Shown here in pieces: positions 41,701 to 57,771 of a stretch of DNA of 64,000 nucleotides. The position numbers and the translations under genes are program-made. Numbering within the stretch: the first letter of the stretch is position 1; each line of letters starts with the position of its first letter. This DNA comes from the human T2T-CHM13v2.0 reference genome, Homo sapiens. Where the stretch lies: assembly GCF_009914755.1 (NCBI RefSeq), contig NC_060933.1; one strand, given 5' to 3'. The notes beneath the pieces were generated by a model. The model was not told where the DNA came from. It did no database searches and worked only from the letters and a program-made list of their open reading frames with translations.

Positions 41701-43876
41701 GGAGCTCTGGCTCCAGGGGTCAGGAGGAGAATCTGCAACCACCCTCCTGGACCCGCCCATCCCTCCCTCCCCAACAGAAATGGAACCAAGAGAGGCAGAA
41801 GCCTGAACAGCCTCAATGCAGAAGCACAGAAGATAGAGAAAACCATTGATCTTTGCAATGCATTATTGATTTTGCTGTTGTGCTGTCAGCAGCGGACGTT
41901 CCCTCCCTCCTCAGTCAAAGCTGGCCATTAGCGTGCACTCCCAAGCTTTGGCCTAGACACACCCTCTTGGTGTGGGGAAAGCGGCTCTAGGTAACATCTG
42001 CCTCCAGCGGTCCACATGGAGAGGACTGTCCACAAGTGGATGATGTCACCAAGGACATCTCCCTGGCCCCAGACCCACTGGATATCAAATGCAACATGGT
42101 CGCTGGTCTTGCACTCTAAACCTCAGCCCAGGACCCCAGGCACTCAGGGGGGTCTGTGCAAGGCTGCATTTTCAACAGACTCTGGGTGTGCTTCTCAGGA
42201 GGTGGGCCCCCTCCCATGGAGTCCCTCCCTTGTGCTGTGCTGCAAGACCTTGGGCTGGCATGGCAGCTGGGGCTCTGCATCCCCACGGTGGCCTTTTGCC
42301 TGTCTGCACTCTGAAATACAGCCACTGAGTTCCACCGTCTACCAACTCCTAAGCGGCCCACCCTCCTGGGACCCCAGGGCTGCTCCTGGCACCAGTGATG
42401 TGTTTCTATTTCTTTGTTTGACTCGCTGAGTGTACCACGTACACTCTTCTCAGTCTGAAGGTCTGGCCTTATGGGAGGGCAGTCTTTGCTCACAGAAACA
42501 GGCCAGTGCATCCCTCATCTTCCCACCCCAGCCTCCCTGGTGGGTATGCTGAGCCCGCCTGCTTTCTTCTTCTGGCTGACGACTACCAAGACATGATATA
42601 CGCAGACACCAACTGTCAAAATGACAATCAGGGCATTATCATCTCTACCAGAATCCTGCCCCTGCACTGGCCAGAGCTGCCTGTTTCTGGGACACAGTAA
42701 ACATTCCCAAATAACCTCGCCTGGGCAGCCAGCAGGCAGGCCCCAGGCCTAGGACACATATGAGGTGACAGGCCACTGGTGTCACGTCACCCCCAGGAAG
42801 GGAAACTTCCGTTCCGTGGCGCCTGGTGGATTTGAAAAGACTCAGAACAGCAGGGTGAGATGCTTGGCCCCAGGCCCCACGTCCAGCTTGGCCTTCGGGG
42901 GCCTGGCCACCCACGAGCCTGGGATGTGCTCAACACAGAGTGAGGTTTTCAAAACAAAAGCAAAGCAACTTCATGTGGAAAACCTTCCGGAAAGCAGGAC
43001 CCAGCCCTCGACACCAGGCCTCATTTGACGCAAACTGCCCACTTACAGACTCCCATTCACCCACTCTCCCACCTACCCCCCAAAATACTAAGCCAGAAAA
43101 TAGAGGACAACCACGAGTTCAACTCTCCTTTACACGTTTTTACTGGCATAACCCCAGTAGAGCCAGCCCCTTGCAGCTCACTAGGCGGCTGCAACAGGTG
43201 CAGCCCAAGCTAAGGCTTGTGGTTCTCCTGGGCTGTTCTAGAATAATGCAACCAAAACCCGAAAGGAAACCGAGGCCTGCAGCACTCACTGCCAAGGCGG
43301 CGACCTGACCACTGCGGCCCAACCTGCCCCACCTGTCTGAGTGCGCGGCGCCGGGTCCAGTGCACAGGGTCCGCGGCCTCCGCGACCAAAATAGAAGCCC
43401 GCGGGGGCCCGGCCAGAGCCCGGCTGGCCGGAGTGGGGCCTGACCTGGCGGGGCCGGACTGGGCGGGCCGGGGCGCGACGGGGCCTGGCCGAGCGCACCG
43501 CCCCCTCCCTGGCCCGGGTCTGCAGCGCGCCCCCGCTCCCCCGCGCCCAGAGGAGCCACCTGCGCGCAGGGACTGGGGAGGCAACCGGGAAGGGGAGAAG
43601 GCCGGGGAGGGATAGCAGAGAGGTCCAGGGGGTCGGAGGGGTCCGGGTAGGTGTCTCTGGGAGGCGTCCCAGGAGGGGCCCCGGGGGGATCCAGGAAGGA
43701 GTCCAGGGGTCCGGGGATCCCAGAAGGAGGCTCCTGCAGGGGTTCGGGGAGGGCCCCGAGGGTCCGGTGAGGAGCCTAGGGGTGTGGAGTGGGGGCTCCG
43801 CGGAGGGTCCAGGCCGCCCCCAGCGCACCTGCCCGGCCCCGCGCGCCCTCCCTCCCGCGCCAGCCCGGCCGCTTAC

Positions 43877-44070
43877 CTGCAGCGCGCGTCCTGCCCGCGG
43901 CGGCTCCCGGCCGGGCGAGTTCGGGCGCCAGGAATGGCGGCGGCGGCGGCGGCGGCAGCGGCGGGAGGCGGCCGGGCCGGGGAGGGGGTGGCGGGGAGGC
44001 CCGGCGGCGGCAGCGGCGGCTGGGATGCTGCGGCGCGCGAGAGCGCTGAGGCCGGCGCGGGGACGGAGTG
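43877..44070 (-). other. SEMA4D: Non-coding exon 1 (5'UTR) of a minus-strand gene, probably SEMA4D; upstream end (TSS) approximate
   Basis: Strong donor GCAG|GTAAGC (+ strand gcttacctgc, 43871-43880) inside a CpG island; no ATG in the exon on the minus strand. Gene identity comes from recalled structure (CpG exon 1, ~42 kb intron, 66-nt exon 2, intronic LTR12C promoter), not from a search. Confidence 0.8.
43936..43962. repeat. (GGC)7 AGC GGC trinucleotide repeat in exon 1; reads (CCG)n in the mRNA
   Basis: Directly visible; a second interrupted run lies at ~44003-44020. Confidence 0.9.
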
Positions 44071-44090
44071 CGCGGGGCGGGCGCGCAGGC

Positions 44091-44380
44091 CCCTCCTCCG
44101 CTCCCCCTCCCTTCCCGCCTCCTCCCCTTTCCCTTCCCCTTCCTCTCCCCCTTCTTCTCTTCCCTCCTATGGCCCCGCCCCTTTCTTCCTCCTTCCTCCT
44201 CCCTCCTCCTCGCCCCTGCTCACCTCCCTCCTTTCCCTCCCCCAACCTTTCTTTTCCTCCCTTCTCTTTTTCCTCCTCTTTCTTCACCTTCGCAACACTC
44301 TTCCACCTCTCTCCCCTTCTCCCCACTTTTGCTCCCCACTCCTTCCTCCTCACCTCCCATCTCTCTTGCCTCCCCGCCAG
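44091..44380. repeat. Polypyrimidine/polypurine low-complexity tract upstream of the TSS
   Basis: Almost only C/T on the + strand for ~290 bp. Confidence 0.85.
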
Positions 44381-46732
44381 GCCCAGAGGGTTGTCCCTCA
44401 GCCCTGGGTTGGTCTCTGCTGAGTCAAGCACCCGTTCCCAGGACCAAGAGGTGCCCTGTCACCCTCTTCCTCACCAGCTCTCAATAGACAAGCTTGCCCC
44501 TTCTGGGGTCCTGGATGAACCCCACCCTTTCCAGGCCTCCCCCAAATCCCCCAGTTTTTTTTCACCCCCAGACCCTGGGCCAGCTCTTCTGAGAACCTGA
44601 CCTGCAGTGTGCGTGAGGCACGTGGCACCCAGAACACTTGGCTGCTGACTTTGGGCAAGAATATTTCACACCAGGCTGCTCCCATTCCCCAGGGGAGGGG
44701 CTGGCACCACCTGGAGTCTTGGTTTCCCTGAACCCCCGTGCTAGCCTTTTGCCAAACGTTCATCATTTTCCACTCTGTATGGCAAATGGTCCTCCTGTGA
44801 GGCTGCTGGTGAGACTTGTTTGTGACTAGCCCATGGGTTTGGGGATCTGGGGGCCCTCAGAGATGGTGCTGCTCCATCCAGACCTCTTCCCTCTGCCCCC
44901 AGGAGAGGTGACAGGGCTCGCACAGTGACTGGCCAGGCTGGGAGGCCTATTGAGGAACACAGTCCTGAGAAGGGGACACAGTTTCTTACGGAACCAGCTA
45001 AGATTTCCCCTAAATGTGAGGAGTTGGGGAGCCCCTCTCCAGGCCAGGTGATACCTCCCTGGACTACAGACTGCTGTTGAGGGGCAGGGGCCCTGAGGCT
45101 GTTTTCCTGCTGAGCACTGGCTCTGAGAGCCAGAGTTTACAAATGAAGCCAGTCCCAGGCCCAACAGTCACAGAGTTAAAGGCCCAACAGTCTCAGAGTT
45201 CCGTTCTAGGGCCTCCTGTGGTTTCTGTGGTTCAGTGCCGGAGCTCTGAGAATAGGGCTTCGGCCCAGCAAAGGCTAAGATGGCAAAGCTGGTGTCAAGC
45301 AGGGTGGGGTGGAGCACGCACCCCCTCCTCCCTCTACGGCATGGCAGCCACCACCCTCTTGCTGAAGAATCCAGACCTGGAATCTGATAGACTCCCTTGA
45401 CTCACAGCTCTGCAGTTTCCAAATAACCTCAGGCCTCAGCAAACCTCTGTACCCTGCAACATGAGGACAGTGTGGTCGTCCTGGAGGGTTTGGGGAGCAC
45501 GGAGAGAGAATGGCAGGTAAAGCCCACTGCACCGTGTGCTCGGGTTCAGTGCTGGTGACTATTACAGGAAAAACTAGAGAAGTCTTTTCCAAGCTCTTTT
45601 CCAATTGTAGGGGTCCATGAATCCATGTTCCACATCCCATTTGGATTGAAACATAATGGGAACGGATTAGGACAGAACTGGTTTAACAGCATTCTATACC
45701 CAAGGAGGGATGCACGCTTAGGATCTACACATGCAAGCATTGCACTGATTGGGGTGGGGTGGGGGGACTCTCTTTTATTCCTCACTAGTCAGACACATCT
45801 AGAATACCATGCCCTTGCTTGGTGTCTAAGGCAGCCAGCAGTATCCCGTGGGAGGGGAGTTGACCCACCGGGAGTCTTCAGCCTAGAAAATCAATGTGTG
45901 GAGCACAAGACAGAAGAACCCCAATATGTGCAAAACTGTCCCGGGAAGAAGGATTACTCTGTGGTGTTATGAAGGGCAGAATGAGGACAGATGGGTGGAA
46001 ATTAGATGAGAAAGTGGATTCCTGCCTATCGTGGGCGCTTTCTGACAGACCTCACTGTGGAAGAGCCGGCTGCCCCTACAGGAGCGTGCCCTTCACAGCC
46101 AGCGTCTAGACAGGCCTGGGGCCACCTTGGGAACACACTGCAGGGAGGGGACCAGCAGCAGAGGGGTATGCTTCTCAACAACTGCTGAATTCTCTCCTGG
46201 CTTTTAGACCCACATGCTCAGAATCTAATAGAGGGCAGCCCAGGGCAAAGAAGAGACTTTGCATGGCTGTCCTGGGGCCCACACTTCTGGCATCATGACC
46301 TTCCAGAATACTGTCCTCTCTAGCCTGTTTCCTAATGCATACAGAAGAACATGAGAGAATTCAGTAAAAACTCCAAAAAGCTTTCCGCAATGCCCAGGCT
46401 GCGAACACAAGGGCTTCTTTGCACCGTGCTTATATAAAATTGCCCCCAAACATGTTTATTGCATTCATGAAGGAGACAGGACTCTTAGTTGTAAGTGATA
46501 GAACTTCAGCCCATACTATTGGCTCACTTGCATCCAAAGATGCCCCAAGTACCATTAGAACCGGGACTTGGATGCCATTATTAGGTCTTCCTCTTCCCTC
46601 CTCTCTGACCTTCTTCCCTGTTCCCTTCTCTCAGCATGATTGCCTATGTCTCCCAAAGTGACCAAGCTTGCCTTTTTATTCTTGTTTCACACTCTGTCGT
46701 GGGACATTTCAAACATAGATATAAAAGTAGCA

Positions 46733-47030
46733 GGCTGGGTGCAGTGGCTCACGCCTGTAATCCCAACACTTTGGGAGGCTGAGGCAGGCGGATCACCTGA
46801 GGTCAGGAGTTCGAGACCAGCCTTGCCAACATGGTGAAACCCCGTCTCTACTAAAAATACAAAAATTAGGTGGGCATGGTGGCACAAACCTGTAATCCCA
46901 GCTACTCAGGAGGCTGAGGCAGGAGAATCACTTGAACCCGGGAGGCGGAGGTTGCAGTGAGCCAAGATCATATACCACTGCACTCCAGCTTGGGCGACAG
47001 AGCAAAACTCAGTCTCAAAAAATAAAAATA
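46733..47030 (+). mobile_element. Alu (AluSx-like)
   Basis: Consensus match; TSD ataaaagtagc. Confidence 0.92.
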
Positions 47031-48589
47031 AAAGTAGCTAAATGAACTCCAATCTTGCCTTACCTCTCACCCCCTTACTTTCCCCTCAAATATTAAGTTC
47101 AAGCATATCAAAGATCATATTAACCAATCTATTTCCTAGTTTCCCCAGAAATGCCAAGTGTTTGGATACTGAGACCATGCTTTGCAAAGTTTCTCTGCAT
47201 TTCCCAGCCAGAATGTTGACACCATCTATATGCAGATGAGCATAGTAACTGGATTGATAATAGTTAAGTCCCATATGAGAAAAAAACTCAAGTATGGCAG
47301 CACAAATAATACTCAGCTTCCAACACGGCCCAGGTGGATATGAGGAGAGAGGATCCTCTGCTTCCACTTTGCAGTGCAGGAGGGAACAGGCACGTAGTGG
47401 GCTGGGAGCCGTTTCCAGATCGCCCAGTGTGGAGCCTTACGCAGTGGAGGAGGTGTCTTCAGAAAGAGTCGGCCTGCCGCCTCTCACCTGTAGTGGCATG
47501 CAGAGTGTCCAGGCTAAGCTTAGAGAGAGAGTCAGCACAGCAAGTGGAGAAACGGGGTCCTCTGAGGGACTGTGGGAAGGTTGGCTCTGGGACCTGCCAG
47601 CAGCTTCTAGAAAAGTCCGGGGAGATGTCCTTTGAATGTGACCACACTCTGCAGAGACGTGGGTGAGCCACACCTCCACTGTTACCATGCAGTGGCTGCC
47701 AAGACCATGCTGTGACTCCTACTCCTAGCTCTGTTCCTCCCCGCACCCCAGAAAAGGCTGGTAAGAGTGTGGCCTTCCTGGCCAGCCTCTCCAAAATAGA
47801 GAGTCCACACCGGTCTCTGTCAGGCACCCTGATTGTTAGAACATGTCAATGAAGGAAGCCGAAAGGGATTTTGAAGGCTCTGAGATCCCCAGGCACCTCT
47901 AGCACCCTCATATGTCCTTACTGCCACTGAGACCCCCACAGGACCCACAGAGCTCTTTTTGTTAAAGCCACACTTGGAAACGTGGGGTCACACCAGCAGA
48001 AGCATAGAAATGAAGGCCGTGCTGAGATGTTATCATTGCTCTGTGCTCCTGCACAGCGTTCAACTGTCAAACCACTAAGTGCTAGATAAATCTGGTGAAG
48101 GGGTGTAATCCATTTTTGGTGCACACACTCATGGCAGCACTTCCCACATCACTGAACATGCAGAATGGTTTACCAAGCCATCCTTCGTCATACTGGGGAG
48201 TGTACAGGATGCTGATGTGGCCCCATCTGACCATTGATCTAATCAGTGCTGGTGTCTGCTGGATTAGACTTGCCCCAGCAAGTGAACTTGCCCCAGCAAT
48301 GCCTTTCTGACCTTTAAGGTGACTGCTGTCACCAACTGCCAGACCATGGACCTCTTCGCATCCCTGGCTGGCTGGCAGACACCCACTTATGTGTCAAGGC
48401 TCTGCCCTGGCATCATTTCCTCCAACACAAACCCATGCACCCTGGGCAGAGCTAATATCCCCCACCCTGCTCCTCAGCTCGAATGTCACCTTACACGTCA
48501 CTTCCTTGGTGCCTGCACCAGCTTCCATTATAATTGTTTGTTGATAGTTTTCTTTCTTCTCTGGTCTACATTTTGAACTTCACAGAGTG

Positions 48590-48985
48590 GTGAGGTCTAC
48601 AGAACTCTTTTCAGAGTAATGTGTTTAAATGCATAAAGTCAAATACAGGATTCAAAAGGAAATGAATTATACTGAAATCCAGCTACCAAAATACTTTAAA
48701 ATGTGATCTACTTGCTTCTTTTTTAATAATATGCTCTGGCAGCAGATCTGATAGCTGTAGTTTCCAAGTCATGATAAGTCAGCCGATATTTTAAAGTCTG
48801 TAACGAGCATGATGTGATGTGAGAATCGCTGTGATTTCTGCTGAGAAGTCCTTACATACTGCTGATGTGGCTGTGTTTGTTGCCTGCATGTACACCCGAA
48901 GGAAATGCTTCCTTTCAGTTAGAGGTTAGTGGGGAAAAAAATGTAATTCTTTTCTTATCATCCTTCCATCTGGATGGACCCTTCA
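48590..48985. mobile_element. hAT-Charlie-type DNA transposon relic (MER119-like)
   Basis: taaatgcataaa...gaaggaaatgct...ttcagttagaggttagtg motifs resemble the recalled consensus. Confidence 0.55.
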
Positions 48986-50094
48986 AAGTTGATCAGACTA
49001 AGAATTACTATTTTAAAGGAAAGGGACCTTGTATCTCCAGCATCTTGCATAGTGCTTTATAAAGTTGCCATCAAACATGTTTATAGCATTAATGAAGGAG
49101 ACAGGACTCTTGGTGGTAAATGACAGAAATTCAGCTCATACTATTGGCTCACTTGCGTCTAAAGGTGCTCCAGGTACAGTTAGATCCAGGGACTTGGATG
49201 CCATTATTAAATATCCCTCTTCTCTCGGCTCTCTGACTCTTTCCCTCTTTCTCTCTGATTGGCCCTAGCTCTGTTTGGGTGTTGGTTTTATCCTCTCCTG
49301 TCACAAGGCTCCTGGCCACCAAACTCTAAAATGATGACAAAGACTCTTTCTCTTTATATTGCAAATCTCATGGAAGAACTTTGATTGGCTCTGTTGGCTC
49401 TCATGCCAATCCCATTTACCCAAAATTCCAGAGAAGGATGAGAAACCACAACCGGTCAGACCTGGGCCACATGCATATGCTTGCAGCAGGTACAGTTCAC
49501 AATCTCACAGAACTGCAGGGCTGTGGGAGAGCAGTTCCCTAATGCACAGATGAGTGCTAAGCAAATAGAAACAACATGTGCCCAGGTGTGTTCAAGTCAG
49601 AGGGCAAATGAGCAATCACAGAGTGTTTATTTGGATGCACGATTCCCTGCTATGATAAAAATCCAGTGGTTTGACTGAGACAGAAGTTTATTCATTTCTT
49701 ATATAACATTATCAGAGGTAGACATGTGGACCAGGACTGGTGGGGAGCTTTGCTGTCTCCCATTTGGATGTTACCGTCCATCTAGCTGGAAAGAGGAAGA
49801 GTATGATCAATAGATTTCATAGGCCAGGACGAGTGTGATCAATAGATTTCAGTGCAATACCAGGAAGTAGCACACATCACTTCTGTCACATACCATTGAC
49901 CAGAACTTAGTCCTGGGCCCACATGTAGCTGCAAGGGGGAGTTGGAAATGTAGCTGCTAGTTGAGTGACTATGTAACCAGCTAAAAGTCTGTAATTAATA
50001 TATTAAGGAAAGGAAAAACAGATATTCATGGACAACTAGGTGAGTGCCATGCTCACTGTAGTGTCATTAGTGCTACTATACATTTAAGTGGAAA

Positions 50095-51075
<981 letters not shown>

Positions 51076-52938
51076 AATTTTAAAATGCAAAGAAGTAAAG
51101 AGAAGTGTCTGTAACTAAAAATGATGGTGTGTTCAACTTTCAGTAGGGCCCCTGCTCTGGCTTGGGAGAGCCATCCCCCACCCTGCTCTCTACACTGAAT
51201 ATCAAACATAGCAAAAGTCCTGGTGGAGCATTCCTGAGGGGCAGATGCTGCCTGCAGGCTGAGTTCTGTCCTTGACAACACCAGAGCTTGAGTTTCTCAT
51301 AGAAATATGCAGGACAGGCCATGCTGTCCTCATGTTATGGAGGAGGAAACAGGGCAGGTCAGTGAAGTTTATTCTTCACTGGATGTGCTCTTTCTGGGCA
51401 CAATTTTGACCTCGTGTTTGGACTTTCTAATAGAGTCTCTACACACATTTTAATGTGTGTTACAACTTCCAACAGGCAGTAAGAGGCCACCACCAGTGCT
51501 GTGCGCAGACCAGGCAGTGATGCTGAGCAGGTGCAGGAGTAGCCCCTGCCCAGGGAAGTGCAGGCCAGCCCCTCAAAAGGGAAAGGGCACCTCACGCCTG
51601 CCTCCCACCCAGTTATTTGTTGCTAGGAAAGGTGCCGTGAACCTGAGCATGGGAGAACTCAATTGTTCTGATTCCCTTTTGATTATTCGGGAATTTGGAG
51701 AGTACAAAGGATTGGATTTTTCAAAGAGAAACATTGAGAGCCTTATTGCTATTCTTATGACCCCATGGTTTTCTCCTTTCTCTGTCTATGACTGTCAGGT
51801 GGCTGACAGCCATCTCCTCATGGCACTGAGTTTTGCCTACTCTCTGTTCCACGAGTCTCTGCATCTGCCTTCTCCTTTACTCGGGACCCTTCATCACATT
51901 GGATTGGAGGCACTGACCAGACACAGACTGTTCTCATGCTGTGTATTTCCCTGGCACAGAGGAGGAAATTGTAGGCTTTGAATGAAGGCACCGCCTGCCC
52001 GCAAACAACAATAGCCCCACCTGGTTAGCATTCAGTTTGGAAAAGCCATTGTATGGAGTAGCCAAATGGAAAGATTCTGCTCTAAGTACTCTGGACTTGC
52101 CAGCAGAAATTAAAAGTATGTTCAAATCAGGCCATTGTCCAAGCATAATCAGACGCCCAGACCTGCTGCTTTCCTGACCACGCCTCCAGAGCCAGACAGC
52201 CCTCTTCAAGGCCAGCATTTCATGCCTGCCTGGGAAGCACTCGACTGTTACTTTATTCAACAGAACCAGAATCATTTGGGAAGAGAGTATGCGAAGATTG
52301 AGCTGTAACCAGAATAAAGGTAGAATTTCCTGTGATTGAGGCAAAATACAAGAGTAAAAATAAGATATTGGAAAAATATTAGATATCAGTGAAAACCTTA
52401 GTTTCAACAGAAAATTGATAAGTGTAGACATTTATCAATTTATGTTGCATATCAAAAGTAGCCACATAAAACAGAAGTAAACAAAAGAAAAGATGACAAC
52501 TCTTCTTCCTCCCCCACTTCTGGGACAATCAGTCCTAGTGTTGGATATGCTTTATTCCAGGCCTTGTGCCCCTCAAATACATAAATATGTATGTACTCTC
52601 TTAAAAGGCCTGGTAGCAATCACTCAGTCTCTCTCTCTTTCTATCTCTGTTATTTATTTTAAAAGTGTGCAAGATTTAAATTTCGTTTTGCAATCTCAGG
52701 AACATCCTTCAGTATACATCCATACAGCTCTACTTCATTCATTTAAAGATAATTTAAAACTAGCATCAACGTAACAAATGCACAAAGTAAAGACAAACCC
52801 AACAGTCCATAAGTATATTAAACATTTATTTCCCACCCTATCTCCTATCCTAATCTCAAGAGAAAGCATTTTTTGATTCTGGTAATTACCTCTGTAACTC
52901 TAAAATAAGGTACTCTGTTTCCTGGTTTATCAGCATTA

Positions 52939-53901
<963 letters not shown>

Positions 53902-53927
53902 CCTTCTAAATTATTGAAAATACTAAT

Positions 53928-54168
53928 ATAGTCATCCCTTGCTATACATGGGGGATTGGTTTCTGGACTCCTGGGTATGCCAAAATCCACGCATACTCAA
54001 GTCTGGAAGTCGACCCACAGAACCCACATGTAGGAAAAGTCCACCCCGTCTACATTAAGGTTTTGCATTCAGTGAATACTGTATTTTCCATCTGTGTTTG
54101 GTTGAAAAAATTCTGTGTATAGATGGGCCCATGCAGTTCAAACTCTTGTTGTTCAAGGGTCAATTGTA
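53928..54168 (-). mobile_element. MER8-like Tigger MITE
   Basis: tagtcatccctt...gttgttcaagggtcaattg ends with TA flanks. Confidence 0.75.
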
Positions 54169-54277
54169 GTATTACTAGGTTTCCTATTTGTCTCCTATAT
54201 ATCATCAAACACTAAGCTTGACGGTTTATTTTTCCCACTTACTGTAGGCAATTTTAGGCAGCTTCATTTGACTCCCT

Positions 54278-54775
54278 GCTGTATTAGTGATCTCCAGAGA
54301 ACAGAATCAATAGGTGATACGTCTCTATATCAATCTACCTACCTACCTTCCTATAGAGAGATTTATTATAAGGGATTGGCTTCAGTAATTATGGAGGCAG
54401 AGAAGTCCCACAGCCTGCTTTCTGCAAGCTGGAGACCCAGAAAAGCAAGTGGTGTAATGCATTCGAGTCTGAATGCTTGAGAACCAGGGGACACAATGGG
54501 GTAAGTCCCAGTCCAAGGGTAAGACAAAGCCAATGCCCCAACACAAGTAGGCAGGCAGGAAGGGGGCACATCCTCCCTTCTTCCTCGGTTTGGTCTATTC
54601 AGGCCCTTGATGGGTTTGAGGAAGCCCAGGCACACTGGGGAGGGGAACTGCATTACTGAGTCCACCAATTCATGATGCCAATCTCCTCCAGAAGCACCCT
54701 CACAGACACACCTGAGAGAATGTTCAACCTGGGCACCCCAAGGCCCAGTCAAGTGGACACATGGAGTTACCCTCA
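54278..54775 (-). mobile_element. MLT2-type LTR
   Basis: ctccagagaacagaatcaatagg; gagatttattataagggattggc; ggcccagtcaagtggacaca. Confidence 0.8.
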
Positions 54776-55672
54776 CACCCCCTAAGTGAGAGGAGAAACC
54801 CATCCTTGTGCATCCTGTCCTTCCTGCTGCTAGTCCACCTCCCTTTTTCCTTCATCCCCCTGTCATGGCATTCTTTTTTTACACTTTGAATTTTCTATAT
54901 TGTCCTCTATATAGGTTGATTTTAAATACAGAACAACCCCAAAGAATATTTACATGTCTATAATTTCACGACTAACATTCCCTGCAGAATGAAAGATGTG
55001 ACTGAACCAGGTCCTAGGGAAGGACGTGGCATTCTGAGTCACCGACTCAGTGCCCTTTAAGGAGAACGCTCCCTGTGCCAAGGATAAGCAAACTCTGCTC
55101 TTATCTTTTATCAGTTCCCCAAAATCATGCCACCGCTTAATTTGCTTTGTCATTGGGCTACAGCTTTGCTATTTTCATGTTTGTTTTTCTGAGACTTCTG
55201 ATGCATTTTCCTTAGCACACACCTCCATTATAACACTGAGGTTTTCTGTCCTGTTAGTTGGATGCCGTTCATGGCTTGGAACCCCATTTCTTCTTAAAGT
55301 TGTGCTTCTCAGTGCTGACTGCCTTCCTGCTCCATTCAGACACGGAGGCAGGACCCTGAGGCCTGTTATCCTCCTGTCCATGTCCCAACTTCCTCTTCTG
55401 CTTAGATGCCCCATTCTCTAGATCTATATCTTGCCCTTACTAGTTGACACCATCATTTTGATGGAGCACATCCCTCATTGGCCCCCAACAAGGTGCATGG
55501 TCCAAGTAGGACTCCAGGTTGGTTGTGTGCAAGGCATGGCTTCCCTGTCTGACAGTGTTACTGTTGAGAGGCTCATGACCATTCTGATTCTCAGAGCTTG
55601 GCTAGTGACCTGTTTTTCTCTCTGGAACTTTTGGAACTTTTTCTTCGTCTCTGGTGTTCTAAACTTTTGTGA

Positions 55673-55921
<249 letters not shown>

Positions 55922-55991
55922 TAATAATTTTCTTTTCTCTGATTTTTTTTTCTTTCTGTAGCTCCTGACATTCAGATGTTGGTCTTCGTGA

Positions 55992-56331
<340 letters not shown>

Positions 56332-57771
56332 ATTTTGGTGTTTTTCTTCTACTTTTAGAATCCCATCACTTTCTCTTCTAATTCTATTACCGTTCTTAAT
56401 TCTGCAATCTAAATTTTAATTTCCAAGAGCTCTTTTTTATTTTAAAAAGGTTACTTTTTGGTAGTATGTTGTTTTTATTTAATGGAAACAATATTATCTG
56501 TTTTCACTGACGATCTTAATTTTAATTTGGGGGGGAATTTTGAATTCTCTTCCATTTCCTCTGCTTCCTTTGAGTTCCTTCTCCTGGGTGGGTCAATGTG
56601 TTCATTTCTGTCTTCTGGTGGTGAGGCTTCCCCCATGGTGATCCTGGCTACACACTCAAAAGCAAGTAGGAGCTGCTGATTACTGATCGCTCATTGAGAA
56701 CTTCACTGCAGAGTGTTTGGGCAGGGACCAGATACTTCTTTGGCACCTGACTTTCTATATCAATAAATCTTTTCTCCTTGGCTGTACATTTCCCTGGGAA
56801 AGAATCCTCCATTCTCCTGTCTGGAGAGGGGTGAGAGACGGGTGGGGATCTGCCTGGCTGCCGTGTTCTCAGGCTGAGATGGGCACGGGGCTGGAGGGTT
56901 TCCTTGTCTACCGTGATACATTTTCACTGCCAGGCCTCTGCCCTCCCCTGTCCCTGGCATCTCTGAAGACAGAAAGTAACAGCTTGTACCTGGCTGCACA
57001 CAATAGGAAATGGACGAGGAAGTCTCTTTGATGCTTAGCTTTTCACCCAGTTTTCTCACTTTTGGTCTCCACCTCATCTCCACCTTCAGAGACCTCCAAT
57101 TTCGAGGCTTCTCTGAGTCCTGCACAAGACTATCTGGATTCTCGGCCCTTGCCCTCCAGGCACTTAGCTCTCTCTGGTCTGCTAAGTCAGAACCACATAT
57201 CCATCTGCTTTTTAACTTCCAAAATTGTGTTGACATCTTTCAACTACTGTCATCTCTTCTCCCATTCTCCAGAGTGCTCATTCCCCTCCACAAACATTTT
57301 ACTAGGGAAATTTCCAAACAGAAATGGTGCAACAATTGGTTGGTGAATGCCTGGATACCCACCACTAATTCCCCAATTAGCAGGTGGCTACACTTGCTTT
57401 ATCCCACATCTGTGCACCTGGTGATCTATGCACCCAGCTATTAATCCATCTCATTTTAAAAAATACAGTCCGACTGCAGACATCAGACATCAGGACACTT
57501 CTCCTTTAAGACTTAATACTTTAAATGGCATTGGTTCTCTTTATGGTTTCAACTCTTTCCCTGATGTCTGAGGAAACTAGTTGGAATTACGTGAATTGCT
57601 CTTCTGTTCCTGCAGTTATCAAGAGTTTCTTCCTGGTCGGATATTCTGCCTCTTTGGCAAGTTCCTCTCTCTCCTTATGAGTTTTCCCAAGTGTCCAGTA
57701 ATTCTTGGTTATCTGTTGATGTTTAAAAATAAAGACCTGGGTTGGCTGATTTGGGTGGCTGGGTTGGCCTA

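Larger units (their letters stand above)
43290..44190. promoter_or_regulatory. CpG island promoter
   Basis: Very high GC and CpG density, GC boxes (e.g. ggccccgccc 44171-44180), contains exon 1 and its donor. Confidence 0.92.

Noticed and set aside
43286-44600. Long ORFs (381, 277 and 212 aa) over the CpG island
   Set aside because: Stop-poor GC-rich and purine-rich sequence; low-complexity peptides; they ignore the exon 1 splice donor.
49804-49851. 16-bp direct repeat tgatcaatagatttca
   Set aside because: Small duplication inside degraded LTR-like sequence; no functional indication.
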